A stretch of DNA of 64,000 nucleotides from Octopus vulgaris (Eukaryota), in contig OX597831.1 of the NCBI GenBank assembly GCA_951406725.2, forward strand, positions 70,680,001 to 70,744,000, given 5' to 3'. The notes under the pieces are model-generated. The model made no database searches. It worked only from the letters and a program-made list of their open reading frames with translations, and had not been told where the DNA came from. Every line of letters begins with the position of its first letter. Within the stretch, counting starts at the first letter, position 1. Made by a program: the position numbers and the translations under genes. Below are positions 48,416-61,440 of this stretch, piece by piece.

Positions 48416-49174
48416 TTCTTTCTTAATGGTATCTACAAAGTTAGTGGATAGATAGAAATCTTAGAATAGAGGACTACAGACCACAATGTCATGTGTTTAA
48501 TTATGCTGTTTTATTTTGTGAATTCAGATTTTGCTGAGGTCAAATTTTCCTTCCATTCCTTTAGGTTGACAATTTAAGGTATCAGTCATCTAGTAATCTA
48601 TATAATTAAGCTTGTTGTGTCTTGAGAGGATCATTATGCCAATAAAACTAAGATTAATCTTAATCATTTATTATACATGTTTCAATGGTATAACAAACAA
48701 GAAAATTGTTTGTCTTTGTTTAGAAATAAAGGTTCCTTATTCAAATTCAGCTTTGTATAGTGTAAATATTCAGGAATAAAGTACTTCGTTGTAATCAGAG
48801 ATAAAATTAATAAAAACAATATGCAGGTGAAAACAATACTTTCTAACATATAAATACCTCAGTCTTTGATGTACTCATATTATATCCCCACATTTCGTAA
48901 GAGGAATCTAGAAAGGTAGGAGAGACAGGAAGGGTATTTGGCTGTGGAATGCTGCCCCACAAAATCCATTCAACACATGCCAACATGGGAAAGCAAATAT
49001 AAGCAATGATGGTAAAGACAAGCAGAAGGCTTTGAATTTTGAGAATGGTTGTAATCAATTAAGATCGACTCAAATTCTTGAGTGATACATATTTTATTGA
49101 TTCGAGATGGATGAATAGTAAAGTTACCATGGCAAAATATGAAATCAGGCAAGTTATTTACGTATTTTTTCAGA

Positions 49175-49367
49175 CTTTGATCTGTTCCATTCAATGGACT
49201 GCAGCCATACTTGAGCAACACAATGATTAGTCAAATAAATCGACCCTTGTTATTTTTGTTGTTTTTTTTAAGTCTTATCCTTCATCTATCAGTTTCTTTT
49301 ACTGAACTGGTAAGTTATGGGGGACATAAACAAACCAACTCCAGTTGTCAAACTGTGGATGAAGGAC

Positions 49368-49408
<41 letters not shown>

Positions 49409-49615
49409 CATGCACAGAAACATAGACACACACACATGCACATATGTATATATGAAGGCTTTCTTACAGTTCCCATCTAGCAAATCCACACACAAAGCAT
49501 TGGTCAACCTGGGTTTATAGCAGATGACATTTGCCCCAGGTACCAGGCCAGTGGGACTGAACCTGAAACCACATGGCTGCAAAGTGAACATCTTGACAAA
49601 ACAGCCATGCCCGCA
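49175..49615 (-). mobile_element. SINE family A, diverged
   Basis: Colinear degenerate match. Confidence 0.7.
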
Positions 49616-50379
49616 TATGAATATATGAATATATATATATACTAAATACATCACTAAGTACCACAAGGCATTTTGTTTGACCCTCTAACAATTCTACTAA
49701 TCTGCTATCGATTATGTGGACGTAAATATTAAAATATCTTTCATCTCCAAAGATGAAAAACATACAATAACTCACCTCAGATATTTAGACATTTAATCAA
49801 AGAGATAAGTGCCAAATGTCTGTAAAGTTTTCCTTCTAATTTTCTTGACCAAGAAACTTTCGAAAAGCTTCAGAATTCTGCTCATAGCACAACATCTTAT
49901 CATAAATCTTGCCGCCTTCATAAAAGGAGATTTGCCAACACTGACTATTACTGTTTTCTTTACTCTGTACCATTTTTTTTTTTTTTGGAACCATTAAAAG
50001 TTAAATATTGTGTTGCCTTTTATATCACAAATAAGGAACAACAGCATCAGAAGTTACTTGTTTCCAATTTACCAATCATTTGTTTATTGCACTTCTGACA
50101 ACAAGAGTGACACAGATGTGTTTACTACATGATGTAAGAAAAATATCATAGGCTCCTTCACTGAAAGTGAAATTATTATTTAGTTTCCGTACTTTTGTTT
50201 ACATTCTTTACCAACATAAATTAAAAGATTTACACACAAAAATGCACATGGGCACTAACTTTCATACAGATACACACGCATACACACCTATTCATACAGA
50301 GACATAAAATCCATCTGTTCATACATATACTACACACATATACAAATATACATAAACGTACACACGCGGAATTTCTTGC

Positions 50380-51330
50380 CAAGTTTCATGCAGTAATCTC
50401 AAAAGATTTGGCTTTGAAGACGCTTTTTTGTTCTTTTTATGAAGTATCCTGTCCATTATGTCCCAGAGGTGTTCAATAGGGTTCATATCTGGTGACTGGC
50501 TTGGTCATGGAAGCTTTTTAATGCCATTCTCATCCAACAAATCTTGGGTCATTTTAGTAGTATGACAAGGAGCCCCATCTTCCATAAATAGTCTTCTTTA
50601 ATTATTTTACTACTGGAGAAAATCTGAAGGAGTCTTTTTTGCAATATGTACACATATTTATTTGAGTTTATGTTTCCCTCACACTCCACCAGCTCTGATT
50701 GACCATTGCTTCAAATTGCTCTCCAGACCATCATAGAATAGCTGCTGTGTTTCATTGTTGGCTGCAATCTTTTCACATCGAATTCTTCATCACAGGGTCT
50801 CCAGACCCACACTCAACCACTGTCAGGAAATATGGCAAATCTGGACCCATCCGAGAATATGAAGTGTTCCAAAATGCTAGTGGCCTTTCCACCATCTCAC
50901 TGGCACAATCTTTTCTCCGCTTGATGTTGGCTGATTGAAGAAGTGGCTTCCTTCTTGCTGCTCTGCCAGAGTAACCAAGTTTTAGAAGATACCTGACAGC
51001 TATTCTGAGACTGACATCAACTTGTTCTGCTATGTCAGAGGCCTTGTAACAAGGATTATCCTCCACACTTCTTTTAGCAAAGAGAAAAGTCCTGTCAGAG
51101 GCTCTGGTTGATCTGGGTGAGGAGATGGGAACTCCTTCCCCTCTCTGGTGAGAGGCACAATCACTCTATTAACTGTAGAAAGTGGGAATCATAGGTTGTC
51201 TGCGATTTTACGCTATGTCCACCTTCAGAATGACCCTTGATATGGCCTCTTTGAAATCCAGATAATTCCAAGACATTTTTTCTACATGGCATGATTAAAT
51301 AGTCACATATAGAACCTGAGACATAAAAAT
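50380..51330 (-). pseudogene. Tc1 (DD34E-type) transposase relic
   Basis: LGYSGRAARRKPLL, FMEDGAPCHT and PSQSPDMNPIEHLWD motifs on the minus strand; stops and frameshifts. Confidence 0.85.
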
Positions 51331-51339
51331 ATCAATTAA

Positions 51340-52400
51340 TCATCATCATCATCAATTTGAGGCTCCAATCTGATCTAGCAAGGTTTCTACAGCTGGATGC
51401 CCTTCCTAACACCAACCACACCGAGAGTGTAGTGAGTGCTTTTTACATGCCACTGGAATGGGGGCTAGTCTGGTGACATTGGCATCAACCACCCACGAAT
51501 GGTGCTTTTATGTGCAACCAGCATGAAAGCCAGTCAGGCAGCACTAGTATCAACCATGCTCAAATGGTGCTTTTTACATGCTACCAGCATGGGAGCCAGT
51601 CAGGTGGCACTGCCATTGATGACACCCAAAGGGTACTTTTATGTGCCACTGGCTCTGGTATCAGTCATGCTTGAATGGTGCTTTTTACATGCCACTAGCT
51701 TGGATGCCAGTCAGGTGGCACTGGCATCAGCCATGACAACGATTTCACTTGACTCAACAGGTCTTCTCAACCACAGCATATTGCCCAATGATTGAAGGGT
51801 ACTCTTAAATGGACCAGTTATGGTGCAGTGGCATAGGTCATGGTTACGGTCTCACTTGGCATGCCAGGTCTTCTCAAGTACAGTATATTGCCCGATGATT
51901 GAAGGGTATTTTTAACTGGGCCAGTTATGCAATACTGGCATCAGCTACAGCTACGACTTCACTTGGCTTGCCAGGTCTTCTCAAGCACAGCATATCTCCA
52001 AAGGTCGCAGTTGCTTGCCATTACTTCAGTGAGCCCCAACGTTCAAAAGTCATGCTTCACCACCCCAACCCAGGTCTTCTTGGGTCTACCTCTTCCACAG
52101 GTTACCTTCACTGTTAGGGTGTAACACTCCTTCACACAGCTGTCCTCATCCATACATAACACATGACCAGAACAATTGTCTCACTTTCACACCACATCTG
52201 ATGCTTCTTATGTCCAACTTTTCTCTTGGGGCACTTACACTCTGTTGTGTATGCACACTGACATTACACATCCAGCAGAGCATACTAGCTTCATTTCTTT
52301 CAAGCCTACACATGTCTTCAGGAGTCACAGCCCATATTTCATTGCCATGTAGCATGGCTGTTCACACACATGCATCGTACAGTCTACCTTTCACTTTGAG
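51340..52400 (-). mobile_element. RTE LINE 3' ~1 kb (ORF C-terminus plus UTR with tandem GGTGCTTTTTACATGCC units)
   Basis: ORF 52146-52355 MLHGNEIWAVTPEDMCRLERNEASMLCWMCNV; (CAT)n tail. Confidence 0.85.
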
Positions 52401-52489
52401 TGAGGAAAAATATAAACTTTTACAAGTTAGAATAAACACAGAAAGATGTTTTATGGGACATATGTTTACATCTCTCATGTCTGTGTATA

Positions 52490-53070
52490 TATAAACCTTA
52501 CCATAAACCCAATGAGAAGCTTTCCAACATACACAAACAGTCTTGTTACCCCAGCCCCCATAATATTTAAAACCTGATAGCCAACATTAGCAACAGAATA
52601 TCTAATCTCTCTATCGCTAAAGAAATTTTCAAGAAAGCAGCCCCCTATTACAACAAATCTCTAGCCAATAATGGTTTGAATGGTTAATTAATTTACAACC
52701 CATCTAGTAATAATATGAATATCAAAAATGGACCTAAAATAGACCTAGGAGAATAATTTGGTTTACCAGCCCCTCTTTTTCCCTTAATGTTAAAACCAAC
52801 AGAGGTAAAAAAAAATTCCTGTCTCTCTTAGATAAACATTTTCCCATTAATCACAGGCATAGAAAAATATTCAACAGGCACTCAGTCAAACTATCATGTA
52901 GCTGCTGCCCTAATATGAAGAGCATCATTACACCAAACACAGCCAATAGCTTACTCCCAGTTATAACTGTCTAGACTCAGGAACCTGTCCTATTGACCAG
53001 AGGTGCATGATTAACTCTGTCATATATGAGGCAGAAGTTACTGCAATGCTAGATGACAATATGACATGAA
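52490..53070 (+). pseudogene. Penelope-like element relic (RT thumb to GIY-YIG linker)
   Basis: [41 protein letters not shown] and [38 protein letters not shown]. Confidence 0.8.
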
Positions 53071-53439
53071 AATCATTTAATGTCCTTCAGTTCTTCCATA
53101 TGGGTGTGGATTGGATGATTTCAGTATCCAATGAACCAGAAAATTGCATTGAGCTATTTGTCTAAATCTTACCACACAGAACTAAAGAAATAAAACAAAT
53201 TACTATATAGCCATAAAGAGACCTGCTTAAACACTCAGCCACAGCTCATGGCTGTGGCCCAGGACTCAGTTCAATGTTGCTTACAGAATATGAACTTATG
53301 ATTGCTTTTCAAAATCTCATTGATTTGTTTATAAAGGGTGTTATAAGTCCATGTAATGGGACACAATAATTTTAACACTCATCGTATTTAAACTTCAATT
53401 GAAAACACAAAGTCATCTCTCCCAAGCGCTGACTAATAC

Positions 53440-53700
53440 TGCTTCACTTCTGGTTTGACTTCCTGTCCATAAGGTAACCCAAGATCCATACCACTCTAGA
53501 TTGTTTCCTTAAATACCGTATCACTCTAGCTTTCGGGCAAAGTCTCCATTCATAGAATTTGTCAAAAGTTTTAGAGAAATCTGAAATAATGCTGTTTATC
53601 TGTTCGCCTTTGTTTAGCAGACATGCCAACTTGTTCTTGACAGCTTTGTAGCAAATAGATTCTGAGAAATCTCGGTGCTGTCATTGTAAATACTGTATAT
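53440..53700 (-). pseudogene. LINE reverse transcriptase fragment
   Basis: EQINSIISDFSKTFDK resembles QVD.I.LDFSKAFDK. Confidence 0.5.
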
Positions 53701-54020
53701 TTGCGTGTTTTGTTAATGCATTTGAGAATTAGAAGGAACAAGGTTGTTTAACTTGACAGAGTGTACAACTTTATTATACTGTGCTGGGAGTTTTTATTGG
53801 ATTCACTCATTGGAATGCACCCATGCTGGAGCACTGCATTCAAGGGTTTCAGTTAAAGATATCAATCCCAATACAGTTTGGCACTTATTTTTATTAATCT
53901 CAGTTTGTTGAAATGAAATAAGTTATGGAACATAAAGCAGCACAATATAATTACAAAAGTTTCTGAAATAACGCAAATGTGGATGCAAGCATAAACAAGG
54001 ATGGATGGATGGACGTATGG

Positions 54021-54063
<43 letters not shown>

Positions 54064-54164
54064 CATACCTATATTTATACATACGTACATACATACACAA
54101 ACTCAGTTTGTGCACACTTTCTATGAACCAAGTTATGCTCACAGTGAATTGGTCAATGAGGGTC

Positions 54165-54452
54165 TACAGAAATGATTCTTAATTGGGGTCCATATAAACT
54201 TTGGAGGTTTACATGACCCTTGGGGGTCCATATTCGATCTTGTTGTTAAGATTTATTGGCAATAAATTGGTCATACTTTTGCAATACACAAAATATTTCA
54301 AAGATTTTTTTATACATTTCCTAATATAATATTTGACTATAAAAATACTATAGGATTTTTTTTATTAAGCATCGAATGGCTATGGGGTTCCAGAAGAGTA
54401 AAATAGGAATCAAAGTGGTCCAGAAGCAAAATATGGTTGAAAACCACTTGTC
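54165..54452. mobile_element. Possible hAT-type MITE (a similar one at ~54-371)
   Basis: Ends GGTTGAAAACCACT, resembling Charlie-type CAGTGGTTCTCAAC termini; degenerate. Confidence 0.35.
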
Positions 54453-54803
54453 TGCAGTAAAAAGTACTTATCCCAGATGCCACATATCTTGCAATCGCCA
54501 TCTTATGAAGTGAACTTCTTAACCACTCAGATTCACCTGCACATAGTTTTATATACAGTTTCAATGTTCTACATGTACATCGATTCTATTAGACAGTTGT
54601 AAATAACCATACAGCTTAGAGATATATGATTCCCTTTGAGATGTACATGTTTTAGTATTTATATTCTAATAGAAATGTGTGGTATGTCATCCACAGAAAA
54701 GTGATATATCTTCTTTCTGTACAGTAGCATATACATTCAGCAATGGTATACAGTTTATTGCTCATGTGTATATATGAATTATGCATGCATGTATGTGTAT
54801 GTA

Positions 54804-54859
<56 letters not shown>

Positions 54860-54978
54860 AAATAAGAAAATGGAGAATACCTCACTTGGATATTTACCAC
54901 TTCCGAGGTTCCGCTCACTACTCATTATGTAACATATGCAGCCCAGATTTTATTTACTCCATTCCTTAACTGTTTTAT

Positions 54979-55029
<51 letters not shown>

Positions 55030-55057
55030 TCATATATTTATATATAGATATATATAT

Positions 55058-55428
55058 AGGCACAGGTGTGGCTGTGTGGTAAGTAGCTTGTTTAGTCCCA
55101 CTGCGTAGCACCTTGGGCAAGTGTCTTCTACTATAGCCTCGGGCCGACCAATGCCTTGTGAGTGGATTTGGTAGACGGAAACTGAAAGAAGCCCATCGTA
55201 TAAATGTATATATATTTATATGTGTATGTGTGTGTGTTTGTCCCCCTAGCATTGCTTGACAACCGATGCTGGTGTGTTTATGTACCCGTCACTTAGCGGT
55301 TCGGCAAAAGAGACCGATAGAATAAGTACTGGGCTTACAAAGAATAAGTCCCGGGGTCGAGTTGCTCAACTAAAGGCGGTGCTCCAGCATGGCCGCAGTC
55401 AAATGACTGAAACAAGTAAAAGAGAGAG
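55058..55428 (+). mobile_element. SINE family A (deletion in the head)
   Basis: Colinear match lacking ~25 bp before AGTCCC. Confidence 0.9.
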
Positions 55429-55559
55429 TATAGATATATTATTCCTGTTTCAGTCATTTTGACTGCAGTTATGTTGGAGCACTACCTTAAAGAGTTTTCA
55501 GTCAAAGCAATCAGCCCCAGGACTTATTCTTTGTGAGCCTAGTACTTACAAAGGTATGC

Positions 55560-58400
55560 ACAGATATATAGGCAGAGTAGTTGGTGGAGGTTTGTTTTCC
55601 ATGGGTCTGCAAATGAGATTTGAGCCCAGCAAAAGAAAAGCATGGTCTGTCACAAACTGTGCAGAAAAAAGAAACTGAAATTCTCCTTCTCAATTGCAAC
55701 ATTCTTCTTTAAATTTCTCTTGCAGGTGTCATTCTGATCTTCTTCAAAAGCTTTCCCTCCACTCCACACTTTTGTTCGCCAACCAGCTCAATCTGAAGGA
55801 AGGGCTTCTATGGCCTTTGGAGCCCTTCCAAGTGACTTCATGGTAGTCCTTATGCCATCCTTAAACCTCTTTTTGGCTTTACACCATTTGTGTTTCCCCT
55901 CTGCATGCTCACCATAAAACAGCTCTTCACATACACATGCACATGCATGCCCACACACACACATACGCATGTGTGCTTGCGCAAATGAGTGGATAAATGA
56001 AAGAAAAGGGCACTCAACACATTTAGTAGGAGTTACACGTATTATTTAAAACAGTTTGATTCAGATTCTCTTCTAACTCAAGTTTTGCAGACCCCTAATG
56101 GAGCCCATCTCCTTCAGGTTCTGGAATGGTCAAATGAAGAGGTTCAGGAAAGCCAAAATGGCTGCCAGAAGAGGGACTGCTGTTGGTCAAAGAAGGTTAC
56201 ATGGTGTTACGGTAGATAATGTTGCTTGGCAAGCAACACAAGTTCCATCAGAGACAGAAGGTTCTTTGACTGTGTAGTTGGAGAGGAAATGGACAAGCAT
56301 CAGTGAGTCTGGCTGGTGTGTGTATAAGCTTGTATGCATGTGTGTGTGTATGTGCACATGCATGTGCATGCATGTATGTATAGGTTTGTGTGTGTGCATA
56401 TGCCTGTGTATGTAATATAGGTCTGTGTACATATGAGCATGCATGCATGTGTGTGCGTGTGTGTATTCAGACAATATTCAGACAATATGGCCAGACCATC
56501 TCATCTGATTTTTCAGAATCCTTAATTTAATTGAAGTAATGCCTGCAGATGCAAAGTCATCTTTGTCTGGAGTAAAAAAAAAAAAAAAGCCCTATTTAAT
56601 GTTTAAAATGTGGCGAAGGCATTTTTGGTGGAATCATTCTAACAATTTGAAATGTCTTTCATAACACATCCATGTTTCAGAAGAATACATCATGGATGGT
56701 AAGACAAACGATTTGTAAAGAGACAATTTTGTATTGTTATTTATATGTCGGTGGCACCAAATGTGTGACTCCAAACCACCAAATGCTTGTGCTGCCCTTT
56801 GAATTTGTAGATGTATTTCTGTGTCCAGATTTCCATCAATTTGGACAGAGCTTCTGAGGTAACTTCAAGCAAACTTAACCTTAACAAAAATTTTAGGCAG
56901 GTTGCAAACAGCACCACGTGCAGGTTGATACATTACAACAGTTTTTTTCAAGTTGATGGTCAAGCCCAAATCACCACAAGCTGAGTCAAATGCAGATACA
57001 AGAGATTGCAGGCCCAGTTCAGAGTGACTGACTAGATCACAATCGTCAGCATATAAGAGTTCACTGATGAGTGAAGTAAAAACTTTTGTTTTGAATTTCT
57101 GTCTGATCAGATTAAAAACATTCCCTGTTGTTCGATATTTTAAGTAAATACCCCACTTGGAGTTTCAAAAAGCATGTGACAACACAACAGCAAAGTATAT
57201 TGCAAAGAGGGTGGGTGCATCAAGGTCTCCTTGCTTTACTCCATTTTCCATGGCAAAATATTCAGAGAACCTAACACCAAAATTAACTCTAACCTTCATA
57301 TCTTGATGCAAAGCCCTGATCATGCTTACAAATTTTTCTGGGCAGCCTATTTTCCTTGGAATTAGCCACAGAGCATTTCAATTAACAGTATTGAATGCCT
57401 TGCTTAAATTAACAAAGCAATGGTATAGGGCAAGATTCTGTTCAATGCACTTTTCCTGAAATTATCTGATAGTACAAGTACGATCAACTGGAGGAGCAAA
57501 AATCACGTTGAGACTCAGACACTATATTTGGAATTATGAAGGTGTTTAAATGTTCTAACAGAATGTGGGAAGTACCTTTCCAACTACAGACAAATGTGAA
57601 ATCCCACACAGATCCTTTGGCTCTGATTTCTACAAGGAAACTAAAATGGCATCAATCCAGTCTTGAGACACTTCCTTGGTTTTCCAACAGTGACAAATGA
57701 ATATATTTAAAGTCCAAACACTTTGTCACCCTACCATATTTCAAAATCTCTACACAGATTCCATCAGATCCTGGAGACTTATTGTTATTCAGCTTATTCA
57801 CTGCTAAATAAATTTCATTTAGGGTTGGTTTAAATGCCATCTTCTCTATAACTGAAGTTGTTCGATTTTTTCTATCATTCTAATGTCAATAGATGATGGT
57901 CCCTTCAAAACTGCAGTTAAATGTTCTACCCAGCACTTGAGATTAGAAGTGGTGTCAGTCAAAAGTAAATGTCCATTTGTTGTTCTCACTGAAACTATTG
58001 GAGATTGAACATAAGAGTACAAACCCTTGGCATCATTTCTATCAGCTGTTTTTTGTGCCTCATTTGCCCTGCCATTCCACTATTCCTGTTTAATTTTCCT
58101 TAGAGCAGTCTGCACTTACCCTTTCAGCTTTCTGTAAGCTTCATTTGAGTTGGGGTTCAAGGACCGAGAAAGAAGTGTATTGCCTAAGCTTTGTTTTTCT
58201 AAAAGTAGATCATGAATTTCTAGTGATTTGTTTGAAAACCAGTCACTGGACTTACACGATTTAAATCCCACTGATGAACTTGCAGCCTGAAATACTTTAG
58301 ATTTGAAATTTCCTTATAGACTGTTTGGATACTTTCTATAGCATCATGGAATCTTTGCAAGTTGCTTGCTAATTTGAAGTTTGTGCAACATTTAACTGTT
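55560..58400 (-). pseudogene. RTE (BovB-like) LINE ORF relic, interrupted at ~55930-56480
   Basis: LNNNKSPGSDGI, NLSKAFNTVN, NGVKQGDLDAPTLF, ELLYADDCDL, GLTINLKKT and C-terminal C2H2 CTVCDRPCFSFAGLKSHLQTH. Confidence 0.9.
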
Positions 58401-58425
58401 GACTTTTAAGCATTATTAAAAAATT

Positions 58426-58429
<4 letters not shown>

Positions 58430-58470
<41 letters not shown>

Positions 58471-58473
58471 CAT

Positions 58474-58514
<41 letters not shown>

Positions 58515-58516
58515 CA

Positions 58517-58551
<35 letters not shown>

Positions 58552-58576
58552 CTATCTATCTATATATATATATATG

Positions 58577-58626
<50 letters not shown>

Positions 58627-58650
58627 TATATACACACACACACACATATA
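58430..58650. repeat. (TA)n/(CATA)n microsatellite
   Basis: Read directly from the sequence. Confidence 0.9.
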
Positions 58651-58797
58651 GTGTGGGCCAAAAGTTATGCATCAAAACATTTGATATTTTATTTATATTG
58701 CCTTATTATTATTTATTTTGTTCATCATGTGTATTCATCGTTATTTTATTTATTTTATTCAATTTTAGAAGAATTGTTTTTGAAATGTGCAATATAT

Positions 58798-59070
58798 GGG
58801 TGCAGGAGTGGCTGAGTGGTAAGCTTCGGATCAACCAAAGCCTTGTGAGTGAATTTGGTAAACAGAAGCTGAAAGAAGCCCATTGTATATATATATATAT
58901 ATGTATATGTATATGTTTGCATGTCTTTGTTTGTTCCCATCCCAACCATCGCCTGACAAACGATTATGGTGTGTTTACATCTCCGTAACTTAGTGGTGCA
59001 GCAAAAGAGGCCAATAGAATAAGTACTAGGTTTACAAAGAATATATATTAAATGAGTTTCAATCTGGGTG
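58798..59070 (+). mobile_element. SINE family A, diverged and deleted
   Basis: Head, CTGAAAGAAGCCC and GAATAAGTACT. Confidence 0.7.
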
Positions 59071-59104
59071 TGTGACTTTTGGCCCACCCTCTGTGTGTGT
59101 GTGT

Positions 59105-59570
59105 GTATCAGGGAAATGCCCTTGCAGAACAGAAGTAGCAGAAATTCTATACAGTGCATTCAATGTAAACTATAGACACCCAGAGGGGCAGTGGTACACA
59201 GACAGGTTAACAGAGACAGTAAATTTTGTCTTTATATGTAGCAGATGTGCAGGAGCAATAAACATTTAGAGCAGAAGGGACATGCATTTTTTTTTCAGAT
59301 GCATAAGAGGATCCCTAAAAGTAGTAGATAGCTTCCATTACTTAATCAGCAGCAGAGGAGGAGGATACTTTGAAAGCCTCGTTACTAGACTAAGTATGAA
59401 ATGGTCAAAGTTCAGAGAGCTGTTACCTTTGTTGGTAACAAGAAGTTTCTTAGAGTAAAAGGCAGATTGTATGATGCTTTTATGTAGCATTACAATGCTA
59501 CATGGTAGTGAAATATGGGTCTTGAGAGCAGGGGGACTTGTGAAGACTAGAAAAACATGTCTGTGTGTCA
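59105..59570 (+). pseudogene. RTE LINE ORF fragment
   Basis: CSRCAG, SLKVVDSFHYL, KWSKFRELLPLL, RVKGRLYDA and MLHGSEIW. Confidence 0.75.
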
Positions 59571-59706
59571 GATAAAATGTGATGCAATCTTTCCTGTTCT
59601 TTGTACACTGACTCTAAATCCTGTTGAAGTCAGCTTTGCATGTCAATCTTCAGCATTGATAAATAAAGTAGTAAGCCAGTCCTGGTACATCTCTCTCTCT
59701 CTCTCT

Positions 59707-59899
59707 ATGTGGTTTGTGGGGTCAACCGCGTCATCCGCTTCATTTTTTGTTAATCACTCATTCTCATTTAATTGTATATATTTTAATTATTTGTTTATTC
59801 ATACGTTTCGTCTCATTCGATACCCTGACCCCAACGTTTGTTTTGTCTGTCCCCGTATTGTCCCCTCTTTTTCTCAACCTTATGGTGAATAAAGAAATA
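59707..59899 (+). mobile_element. Short insert in (CT)n, likely the 3' UTR of a 5'-truncated non-LTR element
   Basis: Flanked on both sides by (CT)n; ends TGGTGAATAAAGAAATA. Confidence 0.55.
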
Positions 59900-60329
59900 C
59901 TCTCTCTCTCTCTTGCTACCAGTCATAGCCTGGATGCTCTACCAGACCAAGGGCAGAAGGGCCAGAAAAACGTTGATGTTTGATTATGACTTCATGAGCT
60001 CCTAAAACTATTCATTAAATCCAAGTCATCCTTGACTCTGACAGTTATAGTTATATAAGGAGACATATCACCATGGTTACTGTATACATGATATCACTGG
60101 ATCTTAGCAACCAAAAAGATATGAAAGGACGAGTGGTTGCTATAGAAACCAAGTGCTTCCAGATAAGCAGTTTTGCTTGTTGTTGTTTAACCCCAGGTCA
60201 GCTCTGTTCACACTGATTAATGATCAAAGGTATTCCAGCCATGACCATGTTTTCTTTTTCTCAGTTATCTGGTATCTAGGACCACGTTGTCAATGTCTCC
60301 CCAGTTTTAATGTGATAGTATGTGAATTT

Positions 60330-60560
60330 GACGGTGAGCTGGCAGAACCGTTAGCACGCCAGGCGAAATGCTTAGCGGTATTTCGTCTGCTGTTACGTTC
60401 TGAGTTCAAATTCCGCCGAGGTCAACTTTGCCTTTCATCCTTCAGGGTCGATAAATTAAGTACCAGTTACACACTGGGGTCGATGTAATCGACTTAATCT
60501 GTTTGTCTATCCTTGTTTTTCCCCTCTGTGTTTAGCCCCTTGTGGGTAGTAAAGAAACAG
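60330..60560 (+). mobile_element. SINE B, full length
   Basis: TSD ATAGTATGTGAATTT at 60315-29 and 60561-75. Confidence 0.9.
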
Positions 60561-61025
60561 ATAGTATGTGAATTTATGGAGATTTGGTTGCTATTTCTAA
60601 CGAATTGAGCAACTAAATAGAGACTTCTTCGTTGGCTCAATAAACAGATTTGTGTTGTATTGAGACAGACAGTTAACGTAGCAGAAGAAACAATTACGAT
60701 GGTCACACATAATGGGACAAAGCGTTACTATAGCAACCATAACAGGACAGCCAAGTAGTAGCAATCAACTTTGAACAGCTTCATTAGAATCGTTGTTGTT
60801 GTCGTCATCATCGTCATCACTGCTGCTGCTGCTGCTACTATTATTACTGTTCTTGGTGGTGTTCTTTCTTCTTCAGCTGCACCAGGCAAGTTTAATGCAA
60901 CATGTAAATAGCCAAACAACATTTTTCAATATAGTATTTTCAATAATAGGGAGAGAAGAATAATGCCCAGTACCCATGACCCTTTATTTTTGAGGCTTAT
61001 GATTCTGATGAAATAAAGATGAAAT

Positions 61026-61440
61026 AGGCGCAGGAGTGGCTGTGTGGTAAGTAGCTTGCTAACCAACCACATGGTTCCGGGTTCAGTCCCACTGCGTGGC
61101 ACCTTGGGCAAGTGTCTTCTACTATAGCCTTGGGCCGACCAAAGCCTTGTGAGTGGATTTGGTAGACGGAAACTGAAAGAAGCCTGTCGTATATATGTAT
61201 ATGTATATATATGTATGTATGTGTGTTTGTGTGTCTGTGTTTGTACCCCTAGCATTGCTTGACAACCGATGCTGGTGTGTTTACGTCCCTGTCACTTAGC
61301 GGTTCAGCAAAAAGAGACCGATAGAATAAGTACTGGGCTTACAAAAGAATAAGTCCCAGGGTCGAGTTGTTCGATTAAAGGCGGTGCTCCAGCATAGCCA
61401 CAGTCAAATGACTGAAACAAGTAAAAGAGTAAAAGAGTAA
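61026..61440 (+). mobile_element. SINE family A with ~68-bp flanking direct duplication
   Basis: 60944-61011 is identical to 61438-61505. Confidence 0.9.

Noticed and set aside
49775-49995. Possible minus-strand exon with a GTGAGT donor
   Set aside because: All minus-strand frames contain stops, and the plus frame loosely resembles a decayed LINE C-terminus
51420-52010. Repeated GGTGCTTTTTACATGCC units with variable intervening sequence (CRISPR-like)
   Set aside because: Degenerate tandem repeats of an RTE 3' UTR; the intervening sequences are mutually homologous, the context is eukaryotic and there are no cas genes
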